A DNA stretch of 64,000 nt from Cellvibrionales bacterium (GCA_024639455.1 JAHEIH010000006.1:172411-236410); one strand, 5' to 3'. Shown: positions 46,970-57,620, counted from the first letter of the stretch. The notes: generated from the letters alone by a model not told the origin. Translations and numbers: made by a program.

Positions 46970-46995
46970 AAAAGGCGCCAATATGGCGCCTTTTT
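46970..46995. terminator. rho-independent terminator between the convergent nfuA and DAHP synthase genes
   Basis: AAAAGGCGCCA-ATA-TGGCGCCTTTTT has a 9-bp stem with an A-run on the left and a T-run on the right. Confidence 0.7.
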
Positions 46996-47003
46996 CGTGT
47001 TGG

Positions 47004-48068
47004 CTAGCTTGTTGCGATCGCCGCCTTGATGGTATCGCGCATGTTGCGCAGCGACTGTTCGGTAGTCTCCCAGTCGATACACTTATCGGTAATAGACACG
47101 CCGTATTGCAATTCGCTCAAGTCAGCGGGCACTTTTTGGTTGCCAGCGCCGATATTTGACTCAATCATCACGCCGACAATGCTTTGATTGCCATCCGCTA
47201 TTTGGTGGGCAATGTTATCCAACACAAGCGGTTGTTGTTTGTGGTCTTTGTTGCTGTTAGCGTGGCTGGTGTCGATCATAATATTTTTTGCCAAACCGGC
47301 CGCTTCCAACTCTTGCTCGGCTAGGGCTACGTGAACCGAGTCGAAGTTGGGACCGTTGCTGCCACCGCGCAGTACCAAGTGGGCGTATGCATTGCCTTTG
47401 GTCTCTACCACTGATACAGCGCCATCGCTGTTAATCCCCAAGAAGCGGTGCGGGTGAGCCACTGAGCCCAAGGCGTTGATAGCCACTTCGAGACCGCCGT
47501 CGGTACCGTTTTTAAATCCGACTGGGCCAGACAAGCCTGAAGACATTTCACGGTGGGTTTGCGATTCGGTGGTGCGCGCTCCAATGGCCGACCAAGCAAT
47601 GAGGTCTTGCAGATACTGTGGCGATATTGGATCGAGTGCCTCTGTGGCTAGTGGCAAACCAATTTCTGAAAGATCTATTAATACCTTGCGTGCAATATGC
47701 AAACCTTCTTCTATCTTAAATGAGTCATTCAAATAGGGGTCGTTGATCAAGCCCTTCCAACCTACTGTTGTGCGGGGCTTCTCAAAATAAGCGCGCATCA
47801 CAATATAAAGTGTATCGTCTAATTCCTCAGCTAATGCCTTGAGACGTTTGGCATAGTCCAGGGCCGCTTCGGTGTCGTGAATTGAGCAGGGGCCGATTAC
47901 CACAAAGACGCGTGGATCTTTACGATCCAGTATTGCGCGAATGGTATCGCGCCCATCATTGACAGTTTGCAAGGCCTGCTCGCTGGCGGGAACCGCTTGT
48001 TTAAGGGCCGCTGGCGTTATCAGCGGGGTGTTGGATGCAACATTAATATTGTCTGTATTCGTACTCAT
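47004..48068 (-). CDS. 3-deoxy-7-phosphoheptulonate (DAHP) synthase, class I (AroF/G/H type)
   Basis: 354 aa, collinear with E. coli AroG (VIGPCSIHD, EKPRTTVGWKGLINDP, GARTTESQTHREM, GFKNGTDG). Which feedback isozyme it is cannot be called from sequence alone. Confidence 0.92.
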   Translation of the reverse strand: MSTNTDNINVASNTPLITPAALKQAVPASEQALQTVNDGRDTIRAILDRKDPRVFVVIGPCSIHDTEAALDYAKRLKALAEELDDTLYIVMRAYFEKPRTTVGWKGLINDPYLNDSFKIEEGLHIARKVLIDLSEIGLPLATEALDPISPQYLQDLIAWSAIGARTTESQTHREMSSGLSGPVGFKNGTDGGLEVAINALGSVAHPHRFLGINSDGAVSVVETKGNAYAHLVLRGGSNGPNFDSVHVALAEQELEAAGLAKNIMIDTSHANSNKDHKQQPLVLDNIAHQIADGNQSIVGVMIESNIGAGNQKVPADLSELQYGVSITDKCIDWETTEQSLRNMRDTIKAAIATS

Positions 48069-48126
48069 TTTTGCTAATCACTGCTAGTCAAAATCGTGTA
48101 TCCTACTTGAAAGCTGCTCAAAAGTA

Positions 48127-50742
48127 ATGAACAAAGGAACTGTCTTGGCAAATTTAGCGCCTCTTTTTGATTTATCTTGTCTCGACGGTCAACTACAAGA
48201 CCCCGCGAATAGTTTTGTTTTAGCGGCTAATCGCCGCCTCGCCGCTAAAATAAACCAAGCCTATCAACAGCGCGCCGCCCTGCAAGGCTCCACGTTGTTG
48301 GCCCCAGAGGTTGTATCGCTAGCAGATTTTCTTGCAAGACAATACCAGCGCGCCGTAATGCGCGGGTTGTTGGCGCCACGTCGTATCATGCCCGCGAACA
48401 TGGAGCGCTGGCTATGGCGCGAAGCGGTCGAATCCGCACGAGATGCGTCAACAGCGCTACTAAAAGCCGACAGCGCCGCGCAGACGGCGCGCAGCGCGTA
48501 TCAATTGGCTATTCAGTACATGCTCAATGACGCAGACTTAAATCCCCATCTTCGCCAGTGGCGCGACAACTATATCGCCCGTTGTGAGCAACTGTCGGTG
48601 ATCGATAGCGCCAAGGCAGAAGCTCTTGTGGTCGACAAATTACTGCTAGATTCGCCCGACAAGTCGTATTATTTCATCGGTTTTGAAGCCATACCAACCC
48701 TATATCAGTCGCTGCTGGATCATTGGCAAGCACAACCGGTGACGGTTACACCTAGGGTGCAGCAGCAGACGCTGTATAGCTTTGAAAACAGCGAAAGCGA
48801 GCTGCGTGCCGCCATTGATGCGGCGGTGCGTTTCACGGAGCACGACCCAGCGAAACGCTTTGCCATCGTTGACCCCGCGCTAAGCCAGCGCCGCGATGTA
48901 GTCGAACGCTTACTTGTGCAGCGTATGGATCCTGACGCAACTAGTGTCTTTGGTGAACGACAGGTGGTTCGCGCCAACATATCCGCGGGGCAGCGTGCGG
49001 CAGATGCCCCGATGTTGGCCATTATTCCAGATCTGCTTCAGCTTTGGCTGCAAAACATGGATATGGAAACGTTGAGCGCTATTTGTCATACCCCGTTTAT
49101 CGCCGCCGCCGACAGCGAAGCCTTTGCCCGCAGTCAGCTCTACAGCGATGTGCTAAAACGGGGTCGACCCCAGAACGAACAGGCTTTTCTGCGCGAAAAG
49201 GCACAAGCTGTGTGTCCAAATTTCGCGCAAGGCTGGCAAGCCATGGCTGAGCAGTCACGTCGACTTCATTTACACCGACAGACCTATACGGTATTTGAGT
49301 GGTGTGATTTTTGTGAGACCGCCTTGGCAAGCATGGGATGGCCAGGTCAGCGAGAAACCGATTCGGTAGAGTATCAACAACTCGTTTTTTGGCAGGATAT
49401 ACTCAATAAAATCAAACAGTTGCCGCGTGAATTTAACCTCGATGTACACCGTTTTATCGCTTTGTTGCGCGATGAACTAAGCCACTCGCTGTTTCAGGCG
49501 GAAGTGGAAGATGCGGCTATTCAGGTGCTCGGTAGTCTTGAAGCCGCCAGCCTGAACTTTGATCGGTTGTGGGTCGTTTCGATGAGCGATGGCAATATAC
49601 CGGCGCGCGCAAAACCCAACCCGTTGTTATCGCTGGAGCGGCAACGTGCGTTAGATATGCCACACTGCGACGCCGGCCGTGAATTGCGCTTTGCGCAACG
49701 CTTGTTAACGTCATTCCGCACCAGTGCGCCGCAAATTCGCTTCAGTTTTGCGCGCTTTGACGGTGACATTGAACGGCGTCCATCGCCACTTCTCGAAGAT
49801 TTAACCGCTGAACATCGTCATTTCGACGCCCCCCTTGCAAGCGCCATCGAGCTGGATTGGTTCGATGATGAATGGGCGCCAGCGGTTAACAACGCCAGCC
49901 TTATTAAAGGCGGCGCATCATTATTGGGTGATCAAGCCGCTTGCCCCTTTAAAGCCTTCGCTACCCATCGTTTGCGGCTGCGAAGAATTGACCCGGTAAG
50001 CAGTGCTATGCCCGCCCATATACGTGGCACAGCGGTACACGATGCGCTGGAAATTTTGCTACCCAAAGGCTTGTTGCAGTCACAACTGGAGCAGCACGCC
50101 CAGGACAGTCTACAGCAGGCCATTGATACGGCGCTTGACAGTATGACGCGCAAGCGGCCGGATATTATGCAGCCGCGTTACCGGCAGTTGGAAGCCCAGC
50201 GCATACGAGAACTGCTGCTAGAGTGGTTGGCGTTGGAGCAGCAGCGGCCACCGTTTACGGTGCAAGCCACGGAATTGCCCTGCGAAACAGAATTTGCCGG
50301 ATTACCTTTGACGTTGAGAATCGACCGTATCGATGCCTTGTCTGCACACCGACTCATGGTGATTGATTACAAGACCGGGTCGGCGAGTATCAGCCGTTGG
50401 CACGACGATAGGCCAAGCGATCCGCAACTGTTGTTATACGCCTTGCTGATCGACGATGGAAGAGTAGAAGCGTTGGCAAAAGCGTCCGTAAAATACGGTG
50501 AAATAGGCTTTAAAGGCATCTCGTGCAACGATGTTCAGATGGCTGGTATTGACGCCGTGAAAGGTGAAGAGGCCCTGCCTCCAGAGCAAATATGGCGCGA
50601 CCTAAAGGCCCGCTGGCACGTCCGATTAGAGTCGCTGGCAAGTGAGTTTATGGCGGGTGACGCTCAGGTTCTTCCTACCAACGACGCGAGCTGCCAATAC
50701 TGTCATCTACAGGATGTATGCAGAATAGGAGATCGCCGATGA
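48127..50742 (+). CDS. AddB-like PD-(D/E)XK nuclease family protein (inactive-helicase scaffold plus Fe-S nuclease domain)
   Basis: 871 aa with no Walker A. The C-terminal nuclease motif is RIDRIDAL...MVIDYKTG, bracketed by four Cys (AACPFKAF upstream and CQYCHLQDVC at the end), as in the AddB iron-staple domain. Confidence 0.75.
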   Translation: MNKGTVLANLAPLFDLSCLDGQLQDPANSFVLAANRRLAAKINQAYQQRAALQGSTLLAPEVVSLADFLARQYQRAVMRGLLAPRRIMPANMERWLWREAVESARDASTALLKADSAAQTARSAYQLAIQYMLNDADLNPHLRQWRDNYIARCEQLSVIDSAKAEALVVDKLLLDSPDKSYYFIGFEAIPTLYQSLLDHWQAQPVTVTPRVQQQTLYSFENSESELRAAIDAAVRFTEHDPAKRFAIVDPALSQRRDVVERLLVQRMDPDATSVFGERQVVRANISAGQRAADAPMLAIIPDLLQLWLQNMDMETLSAICHTPFIAAADSEAFARSQLYSDVLKRGRPQNEQAFLREKAQAVCPNFAQGWQAMAEQSRRLHLHRQTYTVFEWCDFCETALASMGWPGQRETDSVEYQQLVFWQDILNKIKQLPREFNLDVHRFIALLRDELSHSLFQAEVEDAAIQVLGSLEAASLNFDRLWVVSMSDGNIPARAKPNPLLSLERQRALDMPHCDAGRELRFAQRLLTSFRTSAPQIRFSFARFDGDIERRPSPLLEDLTAEHRHFDAPLASAIELDWFDDEWAPAVNNASLIKGGASLLGDQAACPFKAFATHRLRLRRIDPVSSAMPAHIRGTAVHDALEILLPKGLLQSQLEQHAQDSLQQAIDTALDSMTRKRPDIMQPRYRQLEAQRIRELLLEWLALEQQRPPFTVQATELPCETEFAGLPLTLRIDRIDALSAHRLMVIDYKTGSASISRWHDDRPSDPQLLLYALLIDDGRVEALAKASVKYGEIGFKGISCNDVQMAGIDAVKGEEALPPEQIWRDLKARWHVRLESLASEFMAGDAQVLPTNDASCQYCHLQDVCRIGDRR

Positions 50743-53700
50743 GCCAGGTTGCTGATTGGCTAGCCAGAGAAACCGCCATTGACGTTACCCGCTCCTTCAG
50801 CGTGGTAGCCCCCGCGGGGTCGGGTAAAACCGAGCTACTCACCCAGCGCTTGTTGGCGCTGTTGGCCATCGTCGACAATCCAGAAGAAGTGTTGGCGATT
50901 ACCTTTACCCGCAAAGCCGCTGAAGAAATGACTGAGCGTTTGTTGTCTGCCATGCACAAGGCTTTGCAACCCATTATTGAGGCACTGCCATCACATGAGG
51001 CGAAGACCAGAGAGCTTGCGCAAAACGTGCTTAGACGCGATAGGGAGCGCGGCTGGCAACTCTTACAAAACCCCAATCGCCTGCGCCTGAAAACCATTGA
51101 CGGTTTCTGTACCAATATTACCCAACAACTGCCGCTTGAGGCACGTTTTGGCGCCGATGTCGGTGTGGCAGATGAACCTGAGGAGCTCTATCAAGAAGCC
51201 ACTCGTCAACTACTGGCAGAATTGCAAGACAATTCAGCAACGGCTGATCAATTGGCCACGGTTCTCGCGTTATTGGATAACCGCCTCGAGTCCTTCGAAC
51301 AGCTATTTTGCCAACTGCTCGGTAAACGAGACCAGTGGTTAAGCTGGATGAAACGGGCGCAACACCACGATGGTCACGACGCCTTTATAGCGGCGCTTGA
51401 AGCCAACATTGACACTCTCAATTGCGAACGGATCGGCGCGGTAGCAAAGCTGTTAGCCCCACTAGCCTCTGATATTTGCCTACTGTTAGATTTTGCCTCG
51501 GACAAAGTGCCGCCACATCATCCCTTGACTACATTGCAGGGTATTACAGAACTTCCAGCGGTGTGCAGCGATTCGCTAAGCGCCTGGCAAATCATCGTTG
51601 ATCAGCTATTGACCACAACCAATACGCTGCGTAAAAGCGTCACCAAGGCGAACGGCTTTCCCACGCCAAAGGATGCACCCGATAAAGCGGAAGGTGACAT
51701 CTACGCCCGGCGTAAAGCGGCATGTATAACTCTTCTTGATATGCTGCGGGATATGCCTGGGGTAGAGGAAGCGCTGCTTCGCTTACGCGAGCTCGTCGCG
51801 CCAAGGATTGACGCGCAACAGAGTGCAACAATCTCAGCCCTGATGGCCATATTACCGCGCAGTGTCGCCCACCTGTGGACGGTATTTTCGCAGCGCGGAG
51901 TGGTGGATTACATCGAGATTAACCGCGCCGCAAATGACGCCCTAGGCGACGATGACGCGCCGACAGACATTGCCCTAAAACTCGACTACCAAATTAGCCA
52001 CATACTGGTAGATGAGTTTCAGGATACCTCTCCGCCACAGTTGACGTTGCTTGAAAAGCTGACCGCTGGTTGGCAATGTAGCGACGGCAGAACCCTTTTT
52101 ATCGTGGGTGATGGCATGCAATCCTGTTATGGTTTTCGCGAAGCCAATGTCGGTATTTTTCTCAACGCGTGCGAGTATGGCATTGGCCATGTCGCACTCG
52201 AACCGCTGCAGTTGACAGTGAATTTCCGCTCCCAAGCCGGGGTGATCGACTGGGTCAATAACTGCTTTAAACGGGCGTTTCCTGCTAGGCATGACGCTAG
52301 TGCCGGCGCCGTTGCCTTCTCTAGTGCCATTGCTCAAAAAGATCTATTGGAAGGCGATGCCTGCCAGTGCCACGCGATAGTGGAGGACGACGATGGCAGC
52401 GCCGAAGCCGCCAAAGTAGTGGCCATTATTCAGCAAATTCGAACCGATCATCCCAAGGATAGCGTGGCTGTTCTAGTTCGCGGCCGTCGCCATTTAAGCC
52501 ACATTTTACCGGCGTTGCGCGATGCCGATATCCCTTGGTTGGCACAAGATATTGATCCCCTTGGCAGCCGCAGCGCCGTTCGCGATTTACTGAACCTTTT
52601 CCTAGCGTTAAACAACCCAGGCGATCGCAATGCTTGGGCGGCCTTATTACGCTCCCCTCTGATCGGCCTATCGCTGGCCGATATGCTTGAACTTTGCGAC
52701 TCTACGTTGACACTGGGGGAACTCATCATCAGCGGCAACGCCAACGAGCTGAGTTTATCAGTCAGTGGCAAAGCACGTTTGACCCGCGCTGCCAACGTTT
52801 TGCGTCGAGCCTATCAACAAAGGCAGCGCTTCAGCCCCAGAAGTCAGCTCTATCGCGTTTGGTGCAGCTTGCATGGAGACGCATTAGCCGCGGCAGAAGG
52901 AGCGTCAGTAGGCGATGATATTGAGCGTTTCTTGGCATGCTTGGAACAACTGCAGGCGTCCTCTCATGGCGGGCAACCACCGTCAAAGCAGCGTATAGAA
53001 ACCGCCCTGAAGAAACTTTATGCCAGTGCAGACACCAGCGAATCTGGCGCGGTGTCGGTGATGACTATACATAAATCGAAGGGGCTAGAATTCGATCATG
53101 TCATTATTCCTGGACTGGATCGGAAAACGCGCTCGCAGGATAAAGCCCTGGTGCAGTGGCAACGCATGGATTTTAACGTGGCGGGAGAAGGCTTTTTCAT
53201 GGCACCGCTCTACCGTGACAAAGACGATGAGGGGCTTTACAAACTTCTCAGTAGCGAGAAAAAACGCCGAGAACAGTTAGAGTCTACACGTCTGTTATAC
53301 GTCGGCGTAACGCGAGCCATTAAACGTTTACATCTGATCGCACGACTAGAATTAACGGCCAAAGATGAATACAAAACGCCCTCAGAAAACTCGCTGTTGA
53401 AACGTATTTGGCCGACCTTCGAAGAACAGGCGCAAAGAGATCAATCAAGCAGACATAATGGCCCTGTTGACAAAAAAGATCGCCTCGAGCTGCGGCGCAT
53501 GATTGATCCGCGCAATCGCCGTGCTTCTCTATCCGCACTGCCGTCGTTACCTTCTGTCCCATGGCAACCGGGGCAAGGCGCCAGCAATATTCCCGAGGTG
53601 AATGGAGACAGCGAAGCGCAAGCCGTGGGGAATCTGGTGCACCGTGCGCTTGAACTCGCCGATAGACAGTCCCTAGACCTGTGGCGAGATACACACGCAC

Positions 53701-54113
53701 TTGCACCTCGCTTGTTGGTCATTAGCGAAAGCTTGGCTATACCACGCGCAATGGAGGCCAAGGTTATCCAAGCGGCGGCCAGCCAATTAGCATTAATAGC
53801 AAACGATACCGACCACCGGTGGATATTTCATTCCCACAAGGCTCGCAGCGAATGGCGTGTCATCGGCGCCGAAGGGCGTTTGAGTATTATCGATAGGGTG
53901 GTTTGGGACAGCGCGGGTGTCGCGACCATCATTGATTTTAAGACCGCCTCACCGAGCAATGGCGAGACCGTAGAGGCATTTATTACTAGGGAATCTTTAC
54001 ATTATGTGCCGCAACTCGAGCACTATCGACAATTGCTTTCTTCACTAGGCGAACGTGTTGGCTCTGCAGGGCTTTACTTCACTGCCCTCGGACGCTGGCA
54101 AGTATTACTTTAG
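50739..54113 (+). CDS. AddA-like UvrD/REP superfamily-1 helicase with a C-terminal RecB-type nuclease domain
   Basis: The ATG overlaps the upstream stop (ATGA) and an AGGAG Shine-Dalgarno lies within the upstream gene. Walker A is APAGSGKTE and motif II is VDEFQDTSP, with later helicase motifs (VMTIHKSKGLEFD, YVGVTRA) and the C-terminal nuclease IIDRVV...IIDFKT. Confidence 0.8.
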   Translation: MSQVADWLARETAIDVTRSFSVVAPAGSGKTELLTQRLLALLAIVDNPEEVLAITFTRKAAEEMTERLLSAMHKALQPIIEALPSHEAKTRELAQNVLRRDRERGWQLLQNPNRLRLKTIDGFCTNITQQLPLEARFGADVGVADEPEELYQEATRQLLAELQDNSATADQLATVLALLDNRLESFEQLFCQLLGKRDQWLSWMKRAQHHDGHDAFIAALEANIDTLNCERIGAVAKLLAPLASDICLLLDFASDKVPPHHPLTTLQGITELPAVCSDSLSAWQIIVDQLLTTTNTLRKSVTKANGFPTPKDAPDKAEGDIYARRKAACITLLDMLRDMPGVEEALLRLRELVAPRIDAQQSATISALMAILPRSVAHLWTVFSQRGVVDYIEINRAANDALGDDDAPTDIALKLDYQISHILVDEFQDTSPPQLTLLEKLTAGWQCSDGRTLFIVGDGMQSCYGFREANVGIFLNACEYGIGHVALEPLQLTVNFRSQAGVIDWVNNCFKRAFPARHDASAGAVAFSSAIAQKDLLEGDACQCHAIVEDDDGSAEAAKVVAIIQQIRTDHPKDSVAVLVRGRRHLSHILPALRDADIPWLAQDIDPLGSRSAVRDLLNLFLALNNPGDRNAWAALLRSPLIGLSLADMLELCDSTLTLGELIISGNANELSLSVSGKARLTRAANVLRRAYQQRQRFSPRSQLYRVWCSLHGDALAAAEGASVGDDIERFLACLEQLQASSHGGQPPSKQRIETALKKLYASADTSESGAVSVMTIHKSKGLEFDHVIIPGLDRKTRSQDKALVQWQRMDFNVAGEGFFMAPLYRDKDDEGLYKLLSSEKKRREQLESTRLLYVGVTRAIKRLHLIARLELTAKDEYKTPSENSLLKRIWPTFEEQAQRDQSSRHNGPVDKKDRLELRRMIDPRNRRASLSALPSLPSVPWQPGQGASNIPEVNGDSEAQAVGNLVHRALELADRQSLDLWRDTHALAPRLLVISESLAIPRAMEAKVIQAAASQLALIANDTDHRWIFHSHKARSEWRVIGAEGRLSIIDRVVWDSAGVATIIDFKTASPSNGETVEAFITRESLHYVPQLEHYRQLLSSLGERVGSAGLYFTALGRWQVLL

Positions 54114-54953
54114 GCTCGCGATAATTTCTTTAATCTCGGCGCGGCACTCTTTGATCATATTGATACTGCTTTCAGCCGAAAGATTTAATTTCGCCAATGC
54201 GGGAATACTCGCCCAATTTTTCGGGTGGTTGGGCTGGCCGATATTGGCATGTAAGTTGGCCAGCATCACCACGTCAACGATGTCTGCATCTCCCTCGTGG
54301 CTGCGATCGTAGTAGTTGTGCTCTTGCGCGACATCGATGTAGGCCTTCTCAAAGCCCCACGCCTCCATAATAGCGGCGCCAATATCGGCGTGCCAAACCG
54401 TGATTATTTGGTTGAGATCCTCTTCTTTGCCGAGTAATTCTTGATGTTCATCGGCCCGCATGTAGATGTAATACTTGCCGATATCGTGCATCAAACCTGC
54501 CAGCATAGCGTGGTCAGATAGCACCACTTTGGTTTGTTTGGCGATGATATAACTCAATACCGCCACTTGAACACTGTGCTGCCAGAGGGGACGTAAATGC
54601 TTAGCGAGGGGGCCCATAGCGCGCGCTGTCATGATCTGTTGCATAGCGACTGCCATAGCGGCATTACGCACCATATCAAAACCCAGACGACCAATGGCGG
54701 TTCGCAGATCAACCGGGCCGTCGACGCCGCGGCGCATTAAAGCGGAGTTAGCCATTTTTAATAGCCGCGCCGTCAACACAGGGTCGGTTTTCACGACATT
54801 GAGGACTTTTTCGATATCGGAGTTAGGATCGTTGATAATGCGACGAACACGCAATGCGACTTCCGGAAAGGTAGGGAGCTTTAGATTACCCTTATCCAGA
54901 TCCTGCGCGAGTTGTTTGACAAACTGAAATCCATAATCTTTGTGATCGTTCAT
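54105..54953 (-). CDS. HDOD domain-containing signalling protein
   Basis: 282 aa with LPTFPEVALRVRRIINDP at the N-terminus and a degenerate HD region GLMHDIGK, typical of HDOD proteins. No partner domain is present. Confidence 0.75.
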   Translation of the reverse strand: MNDHKDYGFQFVKQLAQDLDKGNLKLPTFPEVALRVRRIINDPNSDIEKVLNVVKTDPVLTARLLKMANSALMRRGVDGPVDLRTAIGRLGFDMVRNAAMAVAMQQIMTARAMGPLAKHLRPLWQHSVQVAVLSYIIAKQTKVVLSDHAMLAGLMHDIGKYYIYMRADEHQELLGKEEDLNQIITVWHADIGAAIMEAWGFEKAYIDVAQEHNYYDRSHEGDADIVDVVMLANLHANIGQPNHPKNWASIPALAKLNLSAESSINMIKECRAEIKEIIASLK

Positions 54954-55018
54954 AAAGGGACCTGTAAATTGACCCTCTAAATATAGCCAAGCGCTGGGTA
55001 TTTGCCAGCGACAATTGG

Positions 55019-56752
55019 CTATGGTGCGCTCTGTACATTGACGAACAGCGTCAGTGCTTGACCGGGCTGTAAATACTTACTGGGATTGAGCTTATTCCAG
55101 TCAACAATATCATTAATTTGAAGATTAAATTTATTGGCAATGCGGGCCAAAGAATCACCCCGGCGCACTTTGTAGTTGACCTTCTTGACCACTTTTTTGC
55201 GGCTGCTTGGCGGTAGTGGGCTGGTATCGGTCACTGGGCGATAAATCTTAAGGACTTTACCAACGCGCAGTGGGTCGCGACTGGCCATGCCGTTCCATTT
55301 GGCCAGCTGGGCCACTGTGACATTGTAGCGGCGAGCGATTGTCCAAAAGGAATCACCCGCTTGCACCGTGTATTCGTCGGCCAATTCGGCACGCCTTGCT
55401 AGTCGTTGCTGGTGATTTTCCAAACGGTTACTTTCACTCAGTCCGTAGGCGCTATCAGACGAACTCGCCGTCGGTATTAACAGCACCTCGCCAATACGAA
55501 TGTTGTTATTGCGCAGTTTATTGACCTTTTTAAGCGTAGCGACATCGGAGTTGTGGCGCTGCGCAATGGTACCGAGAACATCACCGCGTTTGACAACGTA
55601 GCGGGTCCAACTCAACCATTGCTCCTTGGGCAGCTGGGCTAGGTTTTCGCGAAAAATATGGCTTACCTCAAGGGGTAACACTATGTAGTTTGGCCCCTTG
55701 GGAGAGGTGGCCCAGTGGTTAAAGCCGGGGTTGAAGCGATACACTTCATCCATCGAAATACCCGCCAATTTAGCGATTTTTGCAAGATCGATCTGACTGT
55801 CAATCTCGACCAGTTCAAACACGGGTTCGTTGGGTACCGGTGTCAGACTTACACCATAGCGCTCAGGCTCCGCGACAATTTTTGAAATCGCAATAAGTCT
55901 CGGTACATAGGTTGAGGTTTCGCGGGGTAACTTCAGCGCCCAAAACGCGGTGTCTTTGCCGTCGCGTTTATTCTTTTTCACCGCACGCGCTACGCGTCCC
56001 GGACCGGTGTTATACGAGGCGAGTGCATGTAGCCAGTCACCTTTAAAGGTTTGATTCAAACGCTTGAGGAATTGCGACGCTGCACGCGTTGATGCCACGA
56101 CATCGCGACGACCGTCATACCACCAATCATCGTGCAGTTTAAAAAGCTTGGCGGTACCGGGAATGAACTGCCAAAGCCCAGCCGCGCGGCCGTGCGAATA
56201 GGCAAATGGGTCATAGGCGCTCTCGACGACGGGTAATAGCGCTAACTCCATGGGCAAACCTTCTTGCTCTAGGGTTTGCACGATGAAATGAAGATAGGGG
56301 GCCGCGCGTTTGGTGACACGTAAAATGTAGTCAGGGTGATTCTTATACCAGCGCAGTTCAGCCTCTACGCGGGGATGATCAATCGAGGCGATATCACCAA
56401 ACTGATCTCTGATGTGTTGCCACAAATCACTAGGGGGAATAGCAATCGGCTCGACCTCTGTCTTGCCCGGTATCGCGGTGACTTCAGTGTCAGACTCGCT
56501 CAGGTTGTCGTCGATCAAATCTACACGCGATGTGCAGTCAGCAGCACAATCGCGATCTTCGTCAGCGTCAGCAATGACCACGGGCTCTGCTTCGGCAGTA
56601 GCATTATCAATGGCGGTGATTTCGCTATCGTCACCGTTAAGCCAAGCGTCCCAGCGCGCTTGCCAGTCGTTGAGGGTGGGGGTCGCGGCACAGCCAGCCA
56701 TGCTCAAACAACAACACAGGGCAATCAAATGGCGTGACAACGTATTCAACAA
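55019..56752 (-). CDS. mltD: membrane-bound lytic murein transglycosylase D with three LysM domains
   Basis: 577 aa with the lipobox LSMAGC, an SLT catalytic region (VESAYDPFAYSHGRAAGLWQF), and three C-terminal LysM repeats (YVVKRGDVLGTIA, YTVQAGDSFWTIA, YKVRRGDSLARIA). Confidence 0.88.
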   Translation of the reverse strand: MLNTLSRHLIALCCCLSMAGCAATPTLNDWQARWDAWLNGDDSEITAIDNATAEAEPVVIADADEDRDCAADCTSRVDLIDDNLSESDTEVTAIPGKTEVEPIAIPPSDLWQHIRDQFGDIASIDHPRVEAELRWYKNHPDYILRVTKRAAPYLHFIVQTLEQEGLPMELALLPVVESAYDPFAYSHGRAAGLWQFIPGTAKLFKLHDDWWYDGRRDVVASTRAASQFLKRLNQTFKGDWLHALASYNTGPGRVARAVKKNKRDGKDTAFWALKLPRETSTYVPRLIAISKIVAEPERYGVSLTPVPNEPVFELVEIDSQIDLAKIAKLAGISMDEVYRFNPGFNHWATSPKGPNYIVLPLEVSHIFRENLAQLPKEQWLSWTRYVVKRGDVLGTIAQRHNSDVATLKKVNKLRNNNIRIGEVLLIPTASSSDSAYGLSESNRLENHQQRLARRAELADEYTVQAGDSFWTIARRYNVTVAQLAKWNGMASRDPLRVGKVLKIYRPVTDTSPLPPSSRKKVVKKVNYKVRRGDSLARIANKFNLQINDIVDWNKLNPSKYLQPGQALTLFVNVQSAP

Positions 56753-56817
56753 AACAATCTCCGCAAATGTAAAAAGGGCGTATGTTACCCGATGCTACCC
56801 AATCAATCGACCGTCAA

Positions 56818-57585
56818 TTAAAAGCGGTCTTTGTAAGCACGCAGGGCAGCGAACACCGCTTCATCACTAGATAAGCGTTCACCGCTTGCTAGGGCAGCCG
56901 CATGCTGTAAGGCCGGCTTAGCAGCGCGTAAAAAGGGGTTGGTTGCTTTTTCTAAGGCAATACTTGATGGCAGCGTAGCGATACCGTGGGCACGGCAAGC
57001 GGCCACGTCAGCGATTCGTGCCTGCAACTGTGCGTTTTCCGGGTCAACCGCCGCCGCAAACGTCAGGTTGGCGGTAGTGTACTCATGGGCAGCATAGACT
57101 TCGGTGCGATCTGGCAAGTCGGCGATTTTGTTCAAGGAGTGCCACATTTGCGCAGGGGTTCCCTCGAAGAGACGACCACAACCACCCGCAAATAGCGTGT
57201 CGCCGCAGAACACGACATGACGACTGCCCGCTTCACCTTGGTATGCCACATGATCGAGCGTATGCCCCGGTACAGCCATAGTGTGAAAAGTAGCGCCTAG
57301 TAAGTGGAAACTATCCCCTTCGCGGGCGGTGTCAGTTATTTCTGTGATCGACGGATTATCTGGGCCAATGACTCGTAAATTACGATGTTTAGTCAACTCA
57401 GAAATACCGCCCGTATGGTCTCCATGATGATGGGTGATCAACACACCTTCCAACTGCAATTGATGAGTGGCTAAAAAGCGCTCTACCGGCGCTGCCTGAC
57501 CCGGGTCAACCACCCAACATTGCGTTCCTTCCACTAGCGCCCAAATATAGTTATCGGTAAAGGCCGGTAGCGAGTAAATATTCAT
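56818..57585 (-). CDS. gloB: hydroxyacylglutathione hydrolase (glyoxalase II)
   Basis: 255 aa with the metallo-beta-lactamase motif THHHGDH and the GloB-like C-terminus NPFLR. Confidence 0.92.
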   Translation of the reverse strand: MNIYSLPAFTDNYIWALVEGTQCWVVDPGQAAPVERFLATHQLQLEGVLITHHHGDHTGGISELTKHRNLRVIGPDNPSITEITDTAREGDSFHLLGATFHTMAVPGHTLDHVAYQGEAGSRHVVFCGDTLFAGGCGRLFEGTPAQMWHSLNKIADLPDRTEVYAAHEYTTANLTFAAAVDPENAQLQARIADVAACRAHGIATLPSSIALEKATNPFLRAAKPALQHAAALASGERLSSDEAVFAALRAYKDRF

Positions 57586-57620
57586 GAATTGCCCCTGTAA
57601 TCGCAGCGCTTGGCTGTGCT

